A stretch of 64,000 nucleotides of DNA from Acidobacteriota bacterium (GTDB lineage: Bacteria > Acidobacteriota > UBA890 > WLXD01): NCBI GenBank assembly GCA_965248695.1, contig CBDFKD010000002.1:960001-1024000 (forward strand). The letters are read 5' to 3'. The notes under the pieces are model-generated. The model was not told the origin of the DNA and searched no databases. It was given only the letters and a program-made list of their open reading frames with translations. This document shows, piece after piece, positions 1-9,689 of this stretch (the first letter of the stretch is position 1; every line of letters begins with the position of its first letter). Position numbers and translations under genes: made by a program.

Positions 1-1644
1 GTCCAGTTCGGATTCCTGTACGTCGTGGGCATGTCTTTCGCGGCGATCCACACGGTCTCCTTGGGCGCCTCTCTAGCGGCGCACAACGCGTCGAGCAAGG
101 GTCGGGCAGTGGCGCTGAGCGCCACGTCCGTCGTGATGGCGGCGGTTACGGGTTTCGGACTGTTTCCTTACCTGACTCTGGCAGAAGTCTACCGCCTTGC
201 TTTGATGTTCCATCAGCAACGACAGTCCCGCGCCCGGTCGTTCAAGGAGGACTTGAGGGCAACCCTGATTCGATGGACGCCCTATGGTGCGATCACCGCG
301 TCTCTGTTCGTCTGGGCCACTTTCCTGAGGCCCGTCTATCATCCTGAGCGCGAAGTCCAGGCGATCCTCGCCGCCGGGCTCCGGGCTCCGGGCGAGATGG
401 CGATGTCCATTGCTTACCGGGCGTTTACCTCGCTCTGGACGCTGGCCGTCGGCGCCTGGACGGAGACCACGACCTTTGCTTTCGCTGGCTCGACCGGCTC
501 CGGGTCGGCGTGGGGAGCGATCGCCGGGTTTGGCGTTGCGTTCACCATCGTGTTCTGGACCGCGTCTGCGGTACGTCACGATGTGGATCGGCGCACCGCC
601 CGTGACGACAAGGCGCACGGAGGTGCCGTCCTCGTGGGTCTCGTTGGTCTGGTCGCGGCGTTGCTGCCAATCGTGCTGGCTGGCCTCCATATCGACCTCG
701 GGAGCACCGGCCTGGATCGCTACAGTCTGGTGGCCATCGGAGCCAGCGGCATTTTCACTGCAGGATGCTTGCACAGCCTTGTGGCTCGTAGGGCTCGTGT
801 GCTGATCCTCGCGTTCATGGTGGCCGTCGCCGCGTTTCCGCATCATTCCATGGCCGCTGACTATCGCGAGAGCTGGTCGGCCCTCAGGGGCTTCGTCTGG
901 CAAACTGCCTGGAGGGTCCCTGATCTGGCCGGCACGATGCTGGTTCAGCGACTGCCTCTTGGCCTATCCGGCCGGCATGAGATCCCGTCCCAGGCGATCG
1001 ACAAGCTCCGAGCTCCTCTGCGAGCGCGCTATCCGGCACTCCAGGACGTCTTCATGGTCGGCAACTCGTCCGACGAGGGGCGCCTGCGGGATGCGCTCCA
1101 GACCTTGACCCCACAACAGGCTCGTCAGAACGTGCTGATCCTCTCTCAGGCAGCGCCCGGCCATTGCGTCCAGGCGCTGTCAGGTCGGACGACCGATCAG
1201 CGACCTCTTGACGGACAACTGACCCGCCGTATTGGAAGCGTCTATTCGAACCCGCACCTGATCGCCCAACCGGATTCCGTGGCCTTACCGGAACCCGTCG
1301 CGGTGTTCGGACCTGAGCCGGACCACGGTTTTTGCTATCAGTTCCAAATGGCCTCCGCTGCCATCCAACGCGAGGACTGGGGAGCTGCCGTCGGCCATTG
1401 GGAAGAGGTGCAACGAAAGGACCTCATACCCGCGACACCGATCGAGTGGATGCCGTTCGCGGACGCGCTGCTGATGATGGGGCAGCGCGCCGATGCTCAA
1501 CGTTTGATCGCCCGTATACGCGCCGCTCCTGAAGGCTCCGCGGCCTGGTGTCGCTACGTCGGCGAGATGCGTCGCCGCCGCGAACGCCCGTCTGCTCTCA
1601 ATTCGAGTGTTGTAGGCTGCCGCCCGGCCAGGTCATCCGAGTAA
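1..1644 (+). CDS. Polytopic membrane protein with soluble C-terminal domain (possibly GT-C-like glycan modifier); 5'-truncated by window edge
   Basis: Frame is open from base 1; many hydrophobic helices followed by a helical, TPR-like tail (EPDHGFCYQFQ...EDW...IEWMPF); lies at the head of a polysaccharide locus. Confidence 0.55.
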   Translation, partial: VQFGFLYVVGMSFAAIHTVSLGASLAAHNASSKGRAVALSATSVVMAAVTGFGLFPYLTLAEVYRLALMFHQQRQSRARSFKEDLRATLIRWTPYGAITASLFVWATFLRPVYHPEREVQAILAAGLRAPGEMAMSIAYRAFTSLWTLAVGAWTETTTFAFAGSTGSGSAWGAIAGFGVAFTIVFWTASAVRHDVDRRTARDDKAHGGAVLVGLVGLVAALLPIVLAGLHIDLGSTGLDRYSLVAIGASGIFTAGCLHSLVARRARVLILAFMVAVAAFPHHSMAADYRESWSALRGFVWQTAWRVPDLAGTMLVQRLPLGLSGRHEIPSQAIDKLRAPLRARYPALQDVFMVGNSSDEGRLRDALQTLTPQQARQNVLILSQAAPGHCVQALSGRTTDQRPLDGQLTRRIGSVYSNPHLIAQPDSVALPEPVAVFGPEPDHGFCYQFQMASAAIQREDWGAAVGHWEEVQRKDLIPATPIEWMPFADALLMMGQRADAQRLIARIRAAPEGSAAWCRYVGEMRRRRERPSALNSSVVGCRPARSSE

Positions 1645-1747
1645 GAGGGACTCCACACTGGTACCGGCTTGCGCGTGCTCGAATCCGCTGCCTCCCTCGG
1701 CTATCGTTGCGTGGGCGTGGCAGATAGACCCAGGGAAGGCTTCTGGA

Positions 1748-2236
1748 ATGCCGATAGCGGAGGATGTCGTACTCGGGTCCGAGGTGACCATTCACCAACG
1801 CGACCTCGTGAACCTCTACGGTTGCTCGATCGGCGATCACACGACGATCGGGGCCTTCGTGGAGATTCAGAAGAATGCCCGGATCGGCAATCGATGCAAG
1901 ATCTCCTCACACACGTTCATCTGTGAGGGGGTGACGATCGAGGACCGCGTCTTCGTGGGGCACGGCGTCGTGTTCATCAACGACCTCTATCCGCGGGCGA
2001 CGACAGAGGGTGGCGAGTTGCAGCGCGAGGCCGATTGGGAGGTCGTTGCAACCGCGGTGCGCGAAGGGGCTTCGATCGGCAGCAATGCTACGATCATGGG
2101 CGGCATCGAGATCGGCGCGGGCGCCTTGGTCGGCGCCGGGGCGGTGGTCACGCGAGACGTTCCCCCGGGCGCCGTCGTCGCTGGGGTACCGGCCAGCCAG
2201 CATGCGGATCGTAGTGGCTTGCCGCGTAGATCGTGA
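1748..2236 (+). CDS. Hexapeptide-repeat (LbH) sugar N-acetyltransferase, WbpD/WlbB-like
   Basis: LbH repeats (IGDHTTIG, IGNRCKI, IGSNATI) and C-terminal VGAGAVVTRDVPPGAVVAGVPA. Confidence 0.85.
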   Translation: MPIAEDVVLGSEVTIHQRDLVNLYGCSIGDHTTIGAFVEIQKNARIGNRCKISSHTFICEGVTIEDRVFVGHGVVFINDLYPRATTEGGELQREADWEVVATAVREGASIGSNATIMGGIEIGAGALVGAGAVVTRDVPPGAVVAGVPASQHADRSGLPRRS

Positions 2237-2272
2237 TGGGTCGCTGGACCCAGCCACCCGAGAGGACGGCGA

Positions 2273-3286
2273 GTGATCAGGATCGGAGTCATCGGGTACG
2301 GCTATTGGGGCCCCAACCTGGTCCGTAACTTCGCAGAGTCGCCCCACAGCAACGTCGTTCGGATATGTGACCGGGACGAGGCTCGACGACAGCGTGCGCA
2401 GGCCCGCTACCCGGCTGCGGCGGTAGCCGCCGATCCCTCCGAAATGATCGCCTGCGCCGACATCGACGCCGTGGTCATAGCGACTCCGGTATCCACTCAC
2501 TTCTCTCTGGCGATGGAAGCGCTCGACGCCGGCAAACACGTGCTGGTAGAGAAGCCTCTCGCCGAGACTCCGGAGCAATGCCGCAAGCTCATCGACGAGG
2601 CCGAGTCACGCGGCACATGTCTTATGGTCGATCACACATTCGCCTACACCGGCGCTGTGCAGAAGCTCCGCCAGCTGATCGATGACGGCGCGATCGGCAC
2701 AATCCACTATTACGACTCCGTGCGCGTAAATCTCGGCCTGTTCCAACACGACGTCAGCGTCATCTGGGATCTCGCCGTGCACGATCTGGCGATCATGGAC
2801 TTCCTGTTCGACGAGCAGCCGATCGCGGTGTCGGCCACCGGCATGGCCCATATCGAAGGGCAAGCGGAGAACGTCGCGTACATCACCTGCTTTTTCGAGA
2901 GCAGTGCCATCGCGCACATTCACGTGAACTGGCTCGCGCCCGTGAAGATCCGCCGAACCCTGCTGGGCGGTAGCAACAGCATGGTGGTCTACGACGACTT
3001 GGAACCGACCGAGAAGATCAAGATCTACGAGAAAGGCGTCACGCTGGAACGCGACCCGGTGGCGATCCAGCAAATGCGCGTTGGCTACCGGATCGGCGAC
3101 ATGGTGGCTCCGCGCCTCGATCACCGTGAGGCCCTCGCCTGCATGGCGGATCACTTCATGGATTGCATCGGCGGCAAGCTGCAGCCGCGCACCGATGGGA
3201 AGGCCGGCTTGCGTGTGGTACAGACCTTGGCGGCGGCGACCGAGTCGATGGCCCTACGCGGTGTGCCATTGCCAATCGAGGTCTGA
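2273..3286 (+). CDS. Gfo/Idh/MocA oxidoreductase (WbpB/WlbA-like nucleotide-sugar dehydrogenase)
   Basis: GVIGYGYWG, GKHVLVEKP and DLAVHD motifs; sits between acetyltransferase and DegT genes. Confidence 0.85.
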   Translation: MIRIGVIGYGYWGPNLVRNFAESPHSNVVRICDRDEARRQRAQARYPAAAVAADPSEMIACADIDAVVIATPVSTHFSLAMEALDAGKHVLVEKPLAETPEQCRKLIDEAESRGTCLMVDHTFAYTGAVQKLRQLIDDGAIGTIHYYDSVRVNLGLFQHDVSVIWDLAVHDLAIMDFLFDEQPIAVSATGMAHIEGQAENVAYITCFFESSAIAHIHVNWLAPVKIRRTLLGGSNSMVVYDDLEPTEKIKIYEKGVTLERDPVAIQQMRVGYRIGDMVAPRLDHREALACMADHFMDCIGGKLQPRTDGKAGLRVVQTLAAATESMALRGVPLPIEV

Positions 3287-3287
3287 G

Positions 3288-4397
3288 TTGAGGGTGCCGT
3301 TCATCGACCTCGAAGCGCAGCACAGCGCGCTGCACGGAGAGCTGGCAGCGGCAATCGATGCCGTCATGTCGACGGGCCAGTTCATCCTCGGGCCCGCTGT
3401 CGAACGGTTCGAGGCGGATTTCGCCAGGACGGTTGGTACCCGCTTCGCGATTGGGCTGAATTCGGGAACCAGCGCCCTGCACCTGGCCTTGCTGGCGCTC
3501 GATGTCGGGCCGGGAGACGAGGTCATCTCGCCGGCCATGACCTTTGTGGCCACACAAGCCGCGGTCCGCTACTGCGGCGCCCGGCCGGTGATCGTCGACA
3601 TTGCCCCGGACACTTTGACGATGGACCCGGCGTCGGTTGCTGCCGCGATCACGCCGCGAACCAAAGCGATCATGCCGGTTCATCTCTACGGCCAGACGGC
3701 CCCAATGGACCCAATTCTGGAGCTAGCGCAGCGACACGGCCTGGCGGTAATCGAAGACGCGGCCCAGGCAATTTTGGCCGAGGATCGAGGTCGGCTCGCT
3801 GGAGGGATAGGCAATATCGCCGCTTTCAGCTTCTACCCCAGCAAGAACCTCGGCGCCTGCGGCGAGGCAGGCGCGGTGACCACCGACGACGAGTACCTGG
3901 CCAGCAAAGGTCGATCGCTGCGTGACTGGGGGCAGAGTGCGAAGGGCGTTCATGAGCACCTCGGGTACAACTACCGAATGCCAGGGATTCAGGGTGCGAC
4001 GCTCGAGGTGAAACTCGGGCATCTGGCCCGCTGGACCGCTGAGAGACGCGTCGTCGCCAAGCTCTATCGAGAGCAATTAGGCAACTTGCCCGATATCCTC
4101 TTGCCGGAGGAGCGTCCAGAGAGCAGGCACGTGTACCACGTGTACGCTGCACAGGTAAAAGGACGCGACGAGTTGCACCGCCGTCTTGGGGAGTACGGCA
4201 TCTCTGCGGGGATCCACTATCCCCTGCCGGTTCACTTGCAGCCGTGTTTTTCCGATCTCGGGTACGTGGAAGGGGACTTCCCGAATGCCGAGCGACTAGC
4301 CAAGCGTGAGATCTCGTTGCCGATGTTCCCCGAGATGACAGCTGCGCAGGTGGAATTAGTCGGGACACGCATCGAGGAGTTCATCGACCATCGCTGA
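3288..4397 (+). CDS. DegT/DnrJ/EryC1/StrS PLP aminotransferase (WbpE-like)
   Basis: VPFIDL, NSGTSALHLAL, IEDAAQA, SFYPSKNLG, GYNYRM; start placed at TTG 3288 (GTG 3294 is an alternative). Confidence 0.9.
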   Translation: MRVPFIDLEAQHSALHGELAAAIDAVMSTGQFILGPAVERFEADFARTVGTRFAIGLNSGTSALHLALLALDVGPGDEVISPAMTFVATQAAVRYCGARPVIVDIAPDTLTMDPASVAAAITPRTKAIMPVHLYGQTAPMDPILELAQRHGLAVIEDAAQAILAEDRGRLAGGIGNIAAFSFYPSKNLGACGEAGAVTTDDEYLASKGRSLRDWGQSAKGVHEHLGYNYRMPGIQGATLEVKLGHLARWTAERRVVAKLYREQLGNLPDILLPEERPESRHVYHVYAAQVKGRDELHRRLGEYGISAGIHYPLPVHLQPCFSDLGYVEGDFPNAERLAKREISLPMFPEMTAAQVELVGTRIEEFIDHR

Positions 4398-4434
4398 CCA
4401 TCCGCACGTTGACAGCTAACGCGTTTCTGCAGGC

Positions 4435-4663
4435 ATGGCAAAAGAAACATCAGAAATCCGCGAACACTGGGACAGGCACGCCGGCCGCGACGTTGACTCG
4501 AGCCCGGTCACTCACGCGGATCGGTCGTCGCGGATGGTCGTGCGGCTGGTACTGGGTAGGCCCCATGTTGATGATGGGAATCCTCGGCGAGTACCTGTGG
4601 CGTGCGTTGCACGAGGCCCGACGACGACCACGCTATCTGATCGAAGACGAGACCGGCGACTAG
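4435..4663 (+). pseudogene. Chimeric deletion scar: 5' end of an unknown gene joined to the degenerate, frameshifted 3' end of an ArnC/YfdH-like GT2 glycosyltransferase
   Basis: MAKETSEIREHWD... runs into SSRMVVRLVLG; the other frame gives MLMMGILGEYLWRALHEARRRPRYLIE*, the typical GT2 (ArnC-type) C-terminus. Confidence 0.75.
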
Positions 4664-4664
4664 C

Positions 4665-5675
4665 ATGATCAGCGGCGCACGTGTCCTTGTCACCGGTGGC
4701 GCCGGGTTTATCGGCTCCGAGCTTGCACGTCAGCTCGAGGCAGCGGGGGCCGAGGTCCGGGTGTTGGACAATCTGGTCAACGGCAAGCGTGAAAACCTCG
4801 AGGACGCTCTCGGCTCGAGTGCGTGTCTGGAGGAAGCCGACATCCGCGATCGGGAGCGCGTGGCGGAGCTCCTTCGCGGAACCGATATCGTTCTCCACCT
4901 CGCTTGCCTCGGGGTGCGTCACTCGATCCACTCCCCGCGCGAGAACCACGAGGTCAACGCGACGGCGACACTGCAACTGCTCGAGGAAAGCAGACGGGCG
5001 GAAGTCGGTCGGTTTGTTTACGTATCGAGCTCCGAGGTCTACGGGACTGCAAGGACAGTCCCAATGGACGAGGATCATCCGACATACCCATGCACGGTCT
5101 ATGGCGCATCCAAGCTCGCCGGTGAATGCTACGCCCGTGCGTATCACCAGACCTACGGCTTTCCGACCGTCATCATCCGACCGTTCAACAGCTTCGGACC
5201 ACGCTCGCACCACGAAGGTGACAGTGGCGAAGTCATTCCCAAGTTCATGCTTCGGTGCATTGCGGAAAGACCAATGGTCGTATTCGGAGACGGCACGCAG
5301 ACGCGCGACTTCACGTACGTGTCCGACACGGCGTGCGCTATCGTCGCCGCAGCGACGAAGGATTCGTGTATCGGCCACACACTCAACATCGGTAGCGGTC
5401 GCGAGGTCCAGATCGGCGAGCTGGCCGCCATGGTCAAGGAAGTCACCGGCAGACCCGAAGCGAGGATCGAGCAGGTGGAGGCTCGTCCGGGAGACGTGCG
5501 TCGTCTCTATGCGGACTCCTCCCGCGCCGCTGCGTTGCTCGGGTTCGCGCCCACGGTCTCGCTTCGCGAGGGGCTCACCAAGCTCCGCAACTGGTACGAG
5601 CAGTCAGGTCGTTCGGCAGACGAGCTGTTGAAGGACGAGACGACACGGAACTGGCTCCCAGAGGTCTCTGCCTGA
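4665..5675 (+). CDS. NAD-dependent nucleotide-sugar epimerase/dehydratase (extended SDR)
   Basis: VTGGAGFIG, SSSEVYG, YGASK, GDGTQTRDFTYV. Confidence 0.9.
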   Translation: MISGARVLVTGGAGFIGSELARQLEAAGAEVRVLDNLVNGKRENLEDALGSSACLEEADIRDRERVAELLRGTDIVLHLACLGVRHSIHSPRENHEVNATATLQLLEESRRAEVGRFVYVSSSEVYGTARTVPMDEDHPTYPCTVYGASKLAGECYARAYHQTYGFPTVIIRPFNSFGPRSHHEGDSGEVIPKFMLRCIAERPMVVFGDGTQTRDFTYVSDTACAIVAAATKDSCIGHTLNIGSGREVQIGELAAMVKEVTGRPEARIEQVEARPGDVRRLYADSSRAAALLGFAPTVSLREGLTKLRNWYEQSGRSADELLKDETTRNWLPEVSA

Positions 5676-5692
5676 GACGCACCGGAGACGTT

Positions 5693-6886
5693 GTGGATAC
5701 ACCCATGATCCCGGTCGCGAAGCCCTGGCTCGACGACCAGGAATTGGAAGCGGTCCGGCGACCCCTGAAGAGCAGCTGGGTCACACAAGGGCCGGAGGTA
5801 GCGGCCTTCGAAGACGAGTTCGCCACGTACGTCGGGGCTCCTCACGCGTGCGCGGTCTCGAGCTGCACGACAGCATTGCACCTCGCGCTCCATGCCCTCC
5901 AGCTCTGCCCCGGTGACGAGGTCATCACCGCCAGCCACTCCTTCATTGCCACCGCCAACGCGATCCGCTACGTCGGCGCCACCCCGGTGTTCGTCGATAT
6001 CGATTCGGCGACGTACAACATCGATCCCGCGCTGCTGGCTGGCGCCGTTTCGGACCGCACCCGGGCTGTGCTCGCTGTCCATCAGATGGGAATGCCTTGC
6101 GACATTGGGGCCATCGTCGAATTTGCCAATTCACACGGTCTGTTTGTCATCGAAGACGCCGCATGTGCCGTCGGCAGCGAAATCCTCCACGACGGCGATT
6201 GGCATCGGATCGGAAGGCCCGAAGGACACATAGCGTGCTTCTCCTTCCATCCGAGAAAGCTGCTGACGACTGGCGACGGCGGCATGCTGACGACGCGCGA
6301 CGCGGCGCTCGACGCCAAGTTTCGCCTGCTGCGTCAGCACGCGATGAGCGTGCCCGATCAGGTCCGCCACGGATCAAGCGAAGTGATCTTCGAAGAGTAC
6401 TCAGAGCTGGGATTCAACTACCGCATGACCGACATCCAGGCGGCGATTGGTCGGAGCCAACTTCGCAAGTTACCCGTGATGGTAGAGCGCCGGCGCCTGC
6501 AGGCAGAGCGGTATCGGGAACTGCTCGAAGGGGTCTCCGGGCTGGGCCTGCCAGTCGAGCCCGAGTGGGCGCGCACGAACTGGCAGAGCTTCACGGTGCG
6601 GCTCCCGGACGGCGGCGATCAACGAACGATCATGCAAGCGATGCTCGACCGGGGCATCGCCACGCGGCGCGGCATCATGTGCTCGCATCGGGAACCCGCT
6701 TTTAGACTTGAGCCCTGGCGCTGCACTCGCCCCACGGCCTGCCGTGAATGCGAGCCCGGCACCTGCGCCGAGCTGACAAACAGCGAGCAAGCCCAGGACC
6801 GGACGCTGGTACTGCCCCTGTTTCACGATCTGTCGGACGCCGAGATGTCGATCGTCACCGAGACCCTCGAGTCCGTCCTGAATTAG
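5693..6886 (+). CDS. DegT/DnrJ/EryC1/StrS PLP aminotransferase
   Basis: IPVAKPW, SSCTTALHLAL, IEDAACA, SFHPRKLLTTGDGG, GFNYRMTDIQAA. Confidence 0.9.
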   Translation: MDTPMIPVAKPWLDDQELEAVRRPLKSSWVTQGPEVAAFEDEFATYVGAPHACAVSSCTTALHLALHALQLCPGDEVITASHSFIATANAIRYVGATPVFVDIDSATYNIDPALLAGAVSDRTRAVLAVHQMGMPCDIGAIVEFANSHGLFVIEDAACAVGSEILHDGDWHRIGRPEGHIACFSFHPRKLLTTGDGGMLTTRDAALDAKFRLLRQHAMSVPDQVRHGSSEVIFEEYSELGFNYRMTDIQAAIGRSQLRKLPVMVERRRLQAERYRELLEGVSGLGLPVEPEWARTNWQSFTVRLPDGGDQRTIMQAMLDRGIATRRGIMCSHREPAFRLEPWRCTRPTACRECEPGTCAELTNSEQAQDRTLVLPLFHDLSDAEMSIVTETLESVLN

Positions 6887-6916
6887 ACGGCGGTGGGCAC
6901 GGCAGAGCGGACGGAA

Positions 6917-8428
6917 CTAATCGTCAGGAGTCCGCAAGGCTGCAGCGGTGGCAAGCCCTAGCGCCGTCAGCGCCCAAAAGGCTCCTTGCAGTTCGGCGAG
7001 CAGCAGCGGGTGGGAGACCAACGAGAGGGTCAGGAAGGCTACCTGGCCGAAAGCGATGCCCGCGAGGAGGCCTCGCTCGGGCCCATCGGGGCAGCGGACT
7101 GCGGCGCGCAGTATCGTCGCCAAGACCATCGCCAACACGGCCATGAGGGCTACCGCCGCCGGAACGCCGAACTCCGCGGCGTACTGAAGGAAGTAGCTGT
7201 GCGCGTTCTCGACCTCGAGCTCCTCTAGAGCGTAGGCGAGCTCAGAAGTGCCGTAGATGTCGCCGTATTCGACGAGAACCTCGGGGGCAACGACGGCACC
7301 GCTGCTCGGAAAACCCTTGGGGCCGAAACCCCAGATAGGCCGCTCGGCGATCAGATCGGACGCCTTGCTCCACAAGAGCACGCGGCGGGCGAGCAGTGGG
7401 TTCTCGGCGGTCGCCGGGTCGAGAAACTCCCACATTCTCGGGTTGCCGAAGCCGCCCAACGTTCGTTGAACGGAGCCGCGGAGGCTAGAGGATACGACCA
7501 ATCCCACCGGGACCGCGACGAGGAGGACGCTCACCACGCTCGACGCCACCAGCATCCGTCTACCGTGCTTGGATGTCGACACCGTTCGTAGGCTCAGCGC
7601 CAGCCAGGCAAGCGCCGTGACGAGAACCGCCCCGGCCAGGGCCAGCAAACCGCCGCGTGAGTTTGTCTGCAGCAGCACCAGGAAGCTGGCCAGCATCAAC
7701 CCCCCATGCGCCCAAGCCGCCGCTCGACGGCCGGCGTGGAAGCTGCCATAGGCGCGACCGGCCGAGACGCCGATCGCCAGCAGCAGGAACGCGGCGAAGC
7801 TGTGCTCGTCTTGGAAGAACCCCACCAATCCCTCGCCGGTCTGCACACGCTTGTCCGGCCGCACGAACGGGTTGAGGAATGCGAGCTGCAGGAGCGGGCT
7901 GCAAACAGCGACAGCGATTCCGACGGTGAACGCATTGCTCAGCATCGAGCGCCTCGCCGCGTTGTCGAGCCGCTCGACGAACAGCGCCAGGAGCAACAAA
8001 CCCATCGTCGCGATGAGCGCGGCCTGCAAGGGACCCGCCGGAGCCTGGGGATTGAACGTTCCGAGCTCGGCGAACGCGGCGCGCAATTGAAAGCCCAGCT
8101 CGCTCAGCTGTACGTTCCGCAGCAACGCCAGCAAGCTCGACACGGCGATCGTGAGTATCGACAGCCGAATCGCCAACGCGATGCGTCGCGAGAGGCCCCC
8201 GGCGTCCGCCGAACGCGACTCCGGCGAGGCGACGTCGATTCGATGCCACAGAGCGCCGACGAGCAACCCGAACAAGTAGACGAATGCCGTGGAACGGTTG
8301 GCAAGTCCGAGCTGCCAATCGATGCTGGGGGTCACAACGACGACGCCAACCAGAACGCCGAGACCAAGGGAGGGGCGGGCCCGGCCGAGCAGCAATCCGG
8401 CGATGCCGAGCAGCCACGATAGCGTCAC
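6917..8428 (-). CDS. O-antigen ligase/Wzy_C family membrane protein
   Basis: About 12 hydrophobic segments; TNSRGG, R..LW...I..RPIWGFG and NAHSYFLQYAAEFG motifs; GTG start at 8428 overlaps the upstream TGA (GTGA). Confidence 0.8.
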   Translation of the reverse strand: MTLSWLLGIAGLLLGRARPSLGLGVLVGVVVVTPSIDWQLGLANRSTAFVYLFGLLVGALWHRIDVASPESRSADAGGLSRRIALAIRLSILTIAVSSLLALLRNVQLSELGFQLRAAFAELGTFNPQAPAGPLQAALIATMGLLLLALFVERLDNAARRSMLSNAFTVGIAVAVCSPLLQLAFLNPFVRPDKRVQTGEGLVGFFQDEHSFAAFLLLAIGVSAGRAYGSFHAGRRAAAWAHGGLMLASFLVLLQTNSRGGLLALAGAVLVTALAWLALSLRTVSTSKHGRRMLVASSVVSVLLVAVPVGLVVSSSLRGSVQRTLGGFGNPRMWEFLDPATAENPLLARRVLLWSKASDLIAERPIWGFGPKGFPSSGAVVAPEVLVEYGDIYGTSELAYALEELEVENAHSYFLQYAAEFGVPAAVALMAVLAMVLATILRAAVRCPDGPERGLLAGIAFGQVAFLTLSLVSHPLLLAELQGAFWALTALGLATAAALRTPDD

Positions 8429-9621
8429 GGCCTGCCCTGCGCGGCCGGGGAGCACTCCCCGTTCATCACCACGCGGATCAGGTTCGTGTCGCGCATGTCG
8501 ACGGCCAGGAAAGCGGCATCGTCCATCTCCCCGAAGACCTTGTTGGCGAACTCCAGATGATGGTAGTGGAAGCCTCCCCGGTCCGAGTAGAAAGCCATCG
8601 AGTCGACGCCGCAAAACGGCGCCAGATACGAGAGGCCACCGTAGGTGCCGACGAAAGCGCGGGCCCGACTGATCACCTCGGTTTGAACCGCGAGGTTCGT
8701 ACTCGGGTCCATCAAGTGACCGATCGTGTGCAGCCGGGCGCTGCGCACGGGATCGAGGTCGCAGTGGTCGTCCATCGCAAAGCCCGGATTCAGGACGACG
8801 ACCTCGTGACGCTCGGTCAGGTTGGCAAGCATCGCCTCAACGAACCCGCGATTCTCTTTCGTGTCGGGGAACGAGTCGTTGAAGTAGAAACGCACCGCGA
8901 TGTAGTCGTGGGGAAGATCTGTGGCCCATGCCGACGACTCGATGCCCTCGAATCGCTTGAATTTGGAAAACTGTTCGGTCAACCGCACGCTCGCTTGCTG
9001 CTTCCAATAGAGCATGAACAGGTTGTACATCAACGCCGGCTGCAGCACTTCGACTTCGCGTTCGTTCAGCACATCCTTGGCGACTCGCAGGACCTCGCGA
9101 GCGAACTCGGAGGTACTTCGTTGCTTCTGCATGCCTCCCCGACCGCGCTTCGAATTGCTACGCAAATAGTGTTCTGTCGACATGTGGTCGAGGATCTCGA
9201 TGTAGTTGTTAGTGACGTTCCGATACCAGCTGCCCACTCCACCCCGCGAGATCACGAACAGCCGATTGCCGTCGAAGCCGTCATTCGATGCGACCCAGTT
9301 CAAGAACGGGATCCAATAGAGCAGCTCGAATCCGACCTCGCCTAGCCATGGGCCGATAACGATCGGCTTATCGCCCGTGCTCGCCAGGCGGCGGATCTCC
9401 CGGTGCACGGCGTCCGCATGCTGGAGCGCCGTGTCACCCGAGACCACGTGGGGAACTACGTGCCGGCTCACGAAGCCTTTCACCTGCTTGCGCTGCAAGA
9501 AACTCACAAGCCGACGTCGCATCATCTTGCGGAGCGATAACACGAGGTATCCCCAGATACTGTGGTACTTCTGCTTGAATCTCTGCCGCCGACTCGCGAG
9601 CTTCTGTTGCAGAGTCGCCAT
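8425..9621 (-). CDS. Hypothetical protein, possibly GT-B fold glycosyltransferase
   Basis: Coupled to the downstream gene; ISRARAFVGTYGGLSYLAP resembles a GT9-like nucleotide-binding loop; start at ATG 9621 or GTG 9690. Confidence 0.5.
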   Translation of the reverse strand: MATLQQKLASRRQRFKQKYHSIWGYLVLSLRKMMRRRLVSFLQRKQVKGFVSRHVVPHVVSGDTALQHADAVHREIRRLASTGDKPIVIGPWLGEVGFELLYWIPFLNWVASNDGFDGNRLFVISRGGVGSWYRNVTNNYIEILDHMSTEHYLRSNSKRGRGGMQKQRSTSEFAREVLRVAKDVLNEREVEVLQPALMYNLFMLYWKQQASVRLTEQFSKFKRFEGIESSAWATDLPHDYIAVRFYFNDSFPDTKENRGFVEAMLANLTERHEVVVLNPGFAMDDHCDLDPVRSARLHTIGHLMDPSTNLAVQTEVISRARAFVGTYGGLSYLAPFCGVDSMAFYSDRGGFHYHHLEFANKVFGEMDDAAFLAVDMRDTNLIRVVMNGECSPAAQGRP

Positions 9622-9689
9622 CGCCGAGAATCGGGCAACAGCGACGTTGATTGCCCTCGACCATGCGGTGCGGGTACCGGCTTTCCGCA

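Noticed and set aside
3081-3287. N-terminal extensions in the ORF track (also from 8614, 20717, 34181 and 55569)
   Set aside because: They overlap upstream genes; downstream coupled starts fit the family N-termini better
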